Assembly: GCA_043799385.1 (NCBI GenBank) | Contig: JAZDNV010000001.1 | Location: 102,250-166,249, forward strand | Source of the DNA: Candidatus Aenigmatarchaeota archaeon | GTDB taxonomy: Archaea; Aenigmatarchaeota; Aenigmatarchaeia; GW2011-AR5 | Direction: 5' to 3' | DNA length: 64,000 bases | In this document: piece by piece, positions 58,985 to 64,000 of the stretch | Layout of the letters: each line of letters begins with the position of its first letter | Numbering within the stretch: position 1 is the stretch's first letter | The notes under the pieces: generated by a model | Seen by the model: only the letters and a program-made list of their open reading frames with translations | What the model was told of the DNA's origin: nothing | Databases searched by the model: none | Made by a program: the position numbers and the translations under genes

Positions 58985-59821
58985 ATGTTGCAGTTTTTCG
59001 ACAAGTATTATAAGGTATGGATATTCATACCGATTTCTTTACTTGTTGTATCGATTTTGATACTTGGTAGCAACATCATAACGAAAGGCTCGTTCATGGA
59101 GCGAGATATCGAGTTAACTGGCGGAAAGATGATTACGGCTGAGGTCGAAAACGCTGATATAGCGAAGATACAGGCAGCACTGCCGTATGCTGTAATCCAT
59201 TTAACCGGAACAAAAAATCTTCTGGTTGAAATACCGTTTGAAAAGGATGAAAAAATCGTATTAAACGAATTGAGTAAGTTAGTAACGGTAAGAGGCGAGC
59301 CTACCATAAGGACGGTCGGTCCTGCGCTAGGGGGAATATTCTGGCAACAGGCTCAGAGTGCCATAGTTTTTGCATTTCTTGCAATGGCTACACTTGTTTT
59401 CATACTATTCAGAAAAGTAGTTCCTTCACTCATAGTTATACTCGCCGCAATTACCGACATAGTCGTGACAATAGCTGTAATAGATATGATTGGTGTCAAA
59501 CTATCAATGCCGGTACTCGCCGCATTGCTAATGCTAATCGGTTATTCTGTTGATACGGACATCGTTCTGACAAGCAACCTGCTGAAGATAAGAGGCGGAG
59601 CAAAGGAAAGGAGCGAGATAAGGGAAAGAATACGATCTGCAATGAAAACAGGGTTGATGATGAGCATAACAGCCCTGGCTGCGCTCGTTTCTCTATATCT
59701 TCTGACAGGCTCATATGTTCTGGAGCAGATAGCAACTGTTCTAATCATTGGAATAGTGGCAGACCTTCCTGCAACGTGGTTTGCGAATGCTGGAATTCTC
59801 AGATGGTGGTTGGAGAAATGA
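58985..59821 (+). CDS. secF: Protein translocase subunit SecF
   Basis: IELTGG, VGPALG, LFRK.VPS, IGYSVDTDI, W..NAGILRW. Confidence 0.92.
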   Translation: MLQFFDKYYKVWIFIPISLLVVSILILGSNIITKGSFMERDIELTGGKMITAEVENADIAKIQAALPYAVIHLTGTKNLLVEIPFEKDEKIVLNELSKLVTVRGEPTIRTVGPALGGIFWQQAQSAIVFAFLAMATLVFILFRKVVPSLIVILAAITDIVVTIAVIDMIGVKLSMPVLAALLMLIGYSVDTDIVLTSNLLKIRGGAKERSEIRERIRSAMKTGLMMSITALAALVSLYLLTGSYVLEQIATVLIIGIVADLPATWFANAGILRWWLEK

Positions 59822-61413
59822 TCCTAAAGAACTACAAGATACTGATATGGCTGTTTTTCATACTGATATCTTTTGTTGTGCTTGTGAATATCAACCCAGG
59901 CGGTTTTAAGGTAGATTACATAGGAAAAAATTCTACCGTTACTGGAATAGCGGTCGGCGACGTTATTTATTCAATAAATGACAAAACAGCAGCTAAAGAC
60001 GATTTTACAAAGGAATATTATGGAAATTTGAAATTGAATACAGATAAGGGAATAAAATTCGTAAAATCGAATGGTACTCTTAGTATGTCAGTTTCTAAGG
60101 TAGAGCTGACTAAGCTTAATTTCGGTCTTGACCTTAAGGGCGGTGTCCGTGCACTGATACAGCCGAACATTTCTACTAACGACACGATAGAACAGACGCT
60201 AACAACGCTGCAAAACAGGATAAATCTCTATGGTCTGCGCGAATCGTCGTTCAGGCCGATATGGTATGGCAAGCAGGGTTTCATCGAGATATCTATGGCT
60301 GGCGGAAGCCAGGAAGAGCTAAGAGAGCTTTTAGAGCATCAGGGAAAATTCGATGCAAAGATACCGATTATTGTTAAAATATCTAATGGCACCGGTGAGA
60401 TAACGTTGGACAAGAAGTATCAGTTCATCGTCGGTAATAACTATTCTATAACAGTTGACGGCAAAATTGTCAGGCAAGGCGAGGAATTCACCCTTGCAGG
60501 AATACCCCTTGTAATTGAAAATGTAAATGATGGTATAAACATTACATCAAAGGTTTTCACTGGAAAAGACATCGTCACGGTCTTCTTTGATCCTCAGAAA
60601 AGCAGGGTCGAGCGCTTGGAAAGCGGCTACAGATGGTCGTTTTCAATACAGCTGTCAAGTGATGGCGCCCAGAGATTCGCATGGATAACGCAGAACATAC
60701 CTAGAAGGCTTGATTATCTTGAGTCGCAGATATACTTCTACCTTGACGATAAACTCATAGATTCGCTTAATATCGCATCCGGGTTGAAAGGCAAGATTGA
60801 AACAGAAATTCTTATAACAGGAGGCGCAAACACTCTGGATAGTGCGAAAACAGAACGATCGAAACTGCAATCGATTCTGCGTTCCGGTGCGTTACCAACC
60901 ACGATACAAGTCGTTCAGATGGATACCATATCGCCTAACCTTGGCGAGGATTTCATCAAGAACGCAATGCTTGCAGGTATTGGCGCCATACTTGGGGTTT
61001 CATTAGTTATCCTAGTCAGGTACAGGAAGATGTTGCTGGTTGTGCCGATGCTTGTGATATCACTGACAGAGATATTCATAATACTCGGCATGTCAGTTCT
61101 GATTAATTGGACGATTGACCTGTCTGCGATAGCAGGTATAATCATAGCAGTCGGTACTGGTATAAACGACCAGATAATCATAATAGACCAGGCACTGCGA
61201 AAAGAGGTAAAGATAGAAACGCTGCGCGAGAAATTACGCGACGCGTTCTTCATGGTTTACGGAGCAGGCGGAACAATCATAGCCGCGATGATACCATTGT
61301 TTAGCGTCCTGAGCCTGCGCGGTTTTGCAATAACAACGATAATAGGCGTTTTAGTTGGCCTGATTATAACAAGACCCGCATTCAGCGTTCTTGTCGAGAA
61401 GACAATCAAGTAG
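59818..61413 (+). CDS. secD: Protein translocase subunit SecD
   Basis: FGLDLKGG, RINLYGL, LRSGALP, ISPNLG, IAGII.AVGTG, GFA.TT.IG..ITRPAF; ATGA overlap with secF. Confidence 0.92.
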   Translation: MILKNYKILIWLFFILISFVVLVNINPGGFKVDYIGKNSTVTGIAVGDVIYSINDKTAAKDDFTKEYYGNLKLNTDKGIKFVKSNGTLSMSVSKVELTKLNFGLDLKGGVRALIQPNISTNDTIEQTLTTLQNRINLYGLRESSFRPIWYGKQGFIEISMAGGSQEELRELLEHQGKFDAKIPIIVKISNGTGEITLDKKYQFIVGNNYSITVDGKIVRQGEEFTLAGIPLVIENVNDGINITSKVFTGKDIVTVFFDPQKSRVERLESGYRWSFSIQLSSDGAQRFAWITQNIPRRLDYLESQIYFYLDDKLIDSLNIASGLKGKIETEILITGGANTLDSAKTERSKLQSILRSGALPTTIQVVQMDTISPNLGEDFIKNAMLAGIGAILGVSLVILVRYRKMLLVVPMLVISLTEIFIILGMSVLINWTIDLSAIAGIIIAVGTGINDQIIIIDQALRKEVKIETLREKLRDAFFMVYGAGGTIIAAMIPLFSVLSLRGFAITTIIGVLVGLIITRPAFSVLVEKTIK

Positions 61414-61467
61414 TAATGCAATCGTAATTCTTACGTAATTGGTTAAAGCATGAATGTAATGTTTAAA
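61413..61467 (+). promoter_or_regulatory. Phased GTAAT repeats upstream of a TTTAAA box
   Basis: GTAAT at 61413, 61424, 61435 and 61456. Confidence 0.45.
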
Positions 61468-61490
61468 ATGATTCTGGTTACTATTTATCC

Positions 61491-63263
61491 ATGACAACAG
61501 AAAAGATTAAGGAAGTGACAGTTATTCTTGATAATGAAGAGCTGCCTACGGACGAAAATAAGAACTATCTATCTGTAAAGTTTTTTTCTGAGGAGGAGAG
61601 GGAAAAGATAAGGCAGCTGCAGGATAAGGTAGAGCAGTTGATTGCCAAGGGAAACGTTTCTCCTGAAATTCTTGAGAGGATTGACAACATCACGACATCG
61701 CTAGATGTTCTTTCGCAGAGGATGTCGGCAAGGAAGCCGTATGATTACAACATAATAGCAGACGAGGTAAGGCAGATAGTCGATGAATTGACGGATGAGC
61801 TTGACAGGTTTTCAGTAGTTGTTTCAAAAAAGCTTGATTCGACGACACAGAAATTTGATTCAAAGACCGATGTCATCATTGATGAGCTGACAAGCAAAAT
61901 AAACTCGATAAGAAAGCCTTACGACATCGACATAATTACTGACGAAGCCAGGCAGGCGGTAAGCGAATCTGTTTCTGAGCTGAGAAGGTCGTCACAAACG
62001 ATATCCAACAAGCTCGAGTCCGCTGCAGAGCGATTCGACGAGCGGACTGAAGACATCGCAGGCGCCATGTCATCGGTCGTGAGCATGAAAAACAGCATGC
62101 AGGACCTCGTATCCGAAATGGAAACGAGCAGCAGGCTGATGGATAACCGTCTGGATGAGACGGATGAAAAACTGAAGACGATTGCAATGATGCTTGACAA
62201 TAAGTTAGAAGAACTGGAGCGCGTCTCTGCGTCGCTCGAAGTATTGAAAGAGGAAGTCGAGATAAGGATAGGAAGCATAGTCGACCGCGCTCAGAATCAA
62301 AACGAAACTCTGGAGGCAAACGTTACCGAACTGAGCAACACGAAAAACGAGATGCTGGACATACAGAACAACATAAAGGAGACAAACATAAAGCTTGCAA
62401 TACTCATGGATTCGGTCGAGCAAAAGCTGAATGAATTAAGCGCTTCTTTTGAAAGAGTGGAAGGAACGAGCCAGAACATTGAAGCTCAGACAGAATCGCT
62501 CAAAAACATGACAATGATAATCAATGAATTTGTTGACCGCGCAGAAGAGCGGGCGTCGCGACTAGACGAGGTCAGCGAAAACGCGAACAACACGATGAAC
62601 GCGATGAAATCAGTAGAAGATGAATTACTCGATACGTCAAAGAACGTTGACAGAAAGACGGATGACATGATAAACGTGGTCCTGAGCAAGGTTCGAGAAC
62701 TAGAAAATACAAACCTGGCGATGGAGAAGAACGCCATAATACTTGATGAGAGCGCTGACACGCTGGAAAAAATTATTGAAAGAATATCAGCGATGCCGAT
62801 AGCAAAAGCGAAAAGAAAAAAGAGAAAGGCAAAAAAGAAAGTTGTCAAAAAGCGCGTTGTAAGGAAACGCGCAGTAAAAAAAATAGTCAAAAGGCGTGTA
62901 GTCAAAAAGCGCGTTATCAAAAGAAGAATCGTTAGAAGAAAACCAAAAGTCGTAATAAGATACATCACAAGAAGGGCGCGAAGAAAGGCAAGAAGGCCAA
63001 GAAAGTACAGAACGATAAGAAAAAAGACAACGAAGTCTTTAAAGAGATTGGAAAACGAGGCGGTTGATATACTGATATTGAATTCGCTAAAGAATACAAG
63101 AATGACGATGAAGACGCTCAAGGAAGCGACAGAAGTCGACGAGGCGCGATTGAGAAAGCGTTTGCTCGTATTAATGACCCAGGACAAAGTGAAAAGAGAA
63201 AGGCAGGGTCGCTACATATTCTATTCTTCGAAAGTGGAGCTAGTGCAGGGAACGCCAATATAG
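61491..63263 (+). CDS. Acidic coiled-coil protein with Lys/Arg-rich tract and C-terminal winged-helix domain
   Basis: About 430 aa of heptad-rich acidic sequence, then KKRVV-type repeats, then ILNSL..MTMKTLKE..RLRKRL..L..KV..GRY.FY. Confidence 0.8.
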   Translation: MTTEKIKEVTVILDNEELPTDENKNYLSVKFFSEEEREKIRQLQDKVEQLIAKGNVSPEILERIDNITTSLDVLSQRMSARKPYDYNIIADEVRQIVDELTDELDRFSVVVSKKLDSTTQKFDSKTDVIIDELTSKINSIRKPYDIDIITDEARQAVSESVSELRRSSQTISNKLESAAERFDERTEDIAGAMSSVVSMKNSMQDLVSEMETSSRLMDNRLDETDEKLKTIAMMLDNKLEELERVSASLEVLKEEVEIRIGSIVDRAQNQNETLEANVTELSNTKNEMLDIQNNIKETNIKLAILMDSVEQKLNELSASFERVEGTSQNIEAQTESLKNMTMIINEFVDRAEERASRLDEVSENANNTMNAMKSVEDELLDTSKNVDRKTDDMINVVLSKVRELENTNLAMEKNAIILDESADTLEKIIERISAMPIAKAKRKKRKAKKKVVKKRVVRKRAVKKIVKRRVVKKRVIKRRIVRRKPKVVIRYITRRARRKARRPRKYRTIRKKTTKSLKRLENEAVDILILNSLKNTRMTMKTLKEATEVDEARLRKRLLVLMTQDKVKRERQGRYIFYSSKVELVQGTPI

Positions 63264-63283
63264 AATATCAATAGGGTTATTTT

Positions 63284-63556
63284 ATGTCTAAAGATTCTTA
63301 CATTGAAAAACTTTTTCCGGTAGATTGTTTCGGCCGCAATGAAAATGGAGCGCATGCATTGAAAAAACCAGAAGAGGTTAAAGTAAGGATATATCAGGAC
63401 CGTGGCGACCAGACAAGCATAATGAGTTTAGTTGATTGCCGTTATAATCCAAGTGGAAGTGAATATGTATGCAATGCTGGAAATGGCATATGCCCTTACA
63501 GATTTGATATCCCACAGTTTGATGTTCCAAAACAAATTGCAAAGAAGAAAGGCTAA
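63284..63556 (+). CDS. Small Cys-containing hypothetical protein
   Basis: 90-aa ORF with four Cys (DC, CRY, C..CPY). Confidence 0.55.
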   Translation: MSKDSYIEKLFPVDCFGRNENGAHALKKPEEVKVRIYQDRGDQTSIMSLVDCRYNPSGSEYVCNAGNGICPYRFDIPQFDVPKQIAKKKG

Positions 63557-63751
63557 AACAGTTCTCGCAAACCAAGCAAGTTTTTCCATTTCGCGAGATG
63601 GATTGATAACGGAAATCTTATAATATTCTAATAAATGTATATAAGTATTAAATATGGTTAAATTGTCTATTTATGCTTAAAACAACATAAAAACAAAGTT
63701 TTATAAGTGTATCTGATATACATTTATAGATAAAAATACTTGGGTAGTGGT

Positions 63752-64000
63752 ATGGACAAAGAACTTGAAGAATTAGAAAAACAGTTTATTTTAAATGAGG
63801 ATATGGCGCATGAAGATATCAAAGATTTAATAAAGCGTATATTAAAATTCTGTAAAATAGACAACAAAGGATTTGTTATAATTCAAAAAAAGAAGTTGAG
63901 AATTATAGATAAAATGATTCTTGTATTAAGTGCTAGATATCTCGCAAACAAACTTCAAATTAAACAAGCAAGAGATGTTACTATTCAAGAAATTGTAAGT
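63752..64000 (+). CDS. Hypothetical protein, partial
   Basis: MDKELEELEKQF...SARYLANKL... is open to the window end; AT-rich. Confidence 0.65.
   Translation, partial: MDKELEELEKQFILNEDMAHEDIKDLIKRILKFCKIDNKGFVIIQKKKLRIIDKMILVLSARYLANKLQIKQARDVTIQEIVS

Noticed and set aside
62486..63187. 233-aa hydrophobic antisense ORF
   Set aside because: Mirror of the Lys/Arg/Val-rich tract on the plus strand, with no independent signals.
1..64000. Transposases, integrases, rRNA, tRNA, cas genes, recoded stop codons
   Set aside because: None recognised, and the long ORFs tile the window under the standard code.

Overview
Gene-dense archaeal window with archaeal-type TopA, TyrS, RtcA, SecDF and AglB, TATA-like promoters and ATGA-coupled genes. 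It is probably from a small-genome DPANN-type archaeon (inference). The left arm (1-13 kb) holds housekeeping genes (topA, serS, tyrS, beta-CASP RNase, rtcA, Hsp20) and a Cys-rich surface protein. The centre (13-59 kb) is a large surface-glycosylation locus. It opens with two tandem ribbon-helix-helix/nucleotidyltransferase fusion genes. These face, across a repeat-bearing divergent promoter, an 8-gene operon that joins the non-oxidative pentose phosphate pathway to heptose activation (hddA-gmhA-gmhB-[hddC::transketolase-N fusion]-rpiB-rpe-tktC-tal). Downstream are many glycosyltransferases, amino-sugar and nonulosonate-type enzymes, four B12-binding radical SAM proteins, four SAM methyltransferases, a flippase and a two-gene (split) oligosaccharyltransferase. 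The right arm has secF-secD, a coiled-coil/polybasic/wHTH protein and an AT-rich edge. Non-coding signals include a perfect three-way-junction element upstream of topA, a Ser/aromatic-rich leader peptide with alternative hairpins upstream of hyp-tyrS-serS, and a recurring mini-ORF/RBS-hairpin element. No rRNA, tRNA, CRISPR array or transposase was seen. All calls are from motif reading by eye, with no database search.
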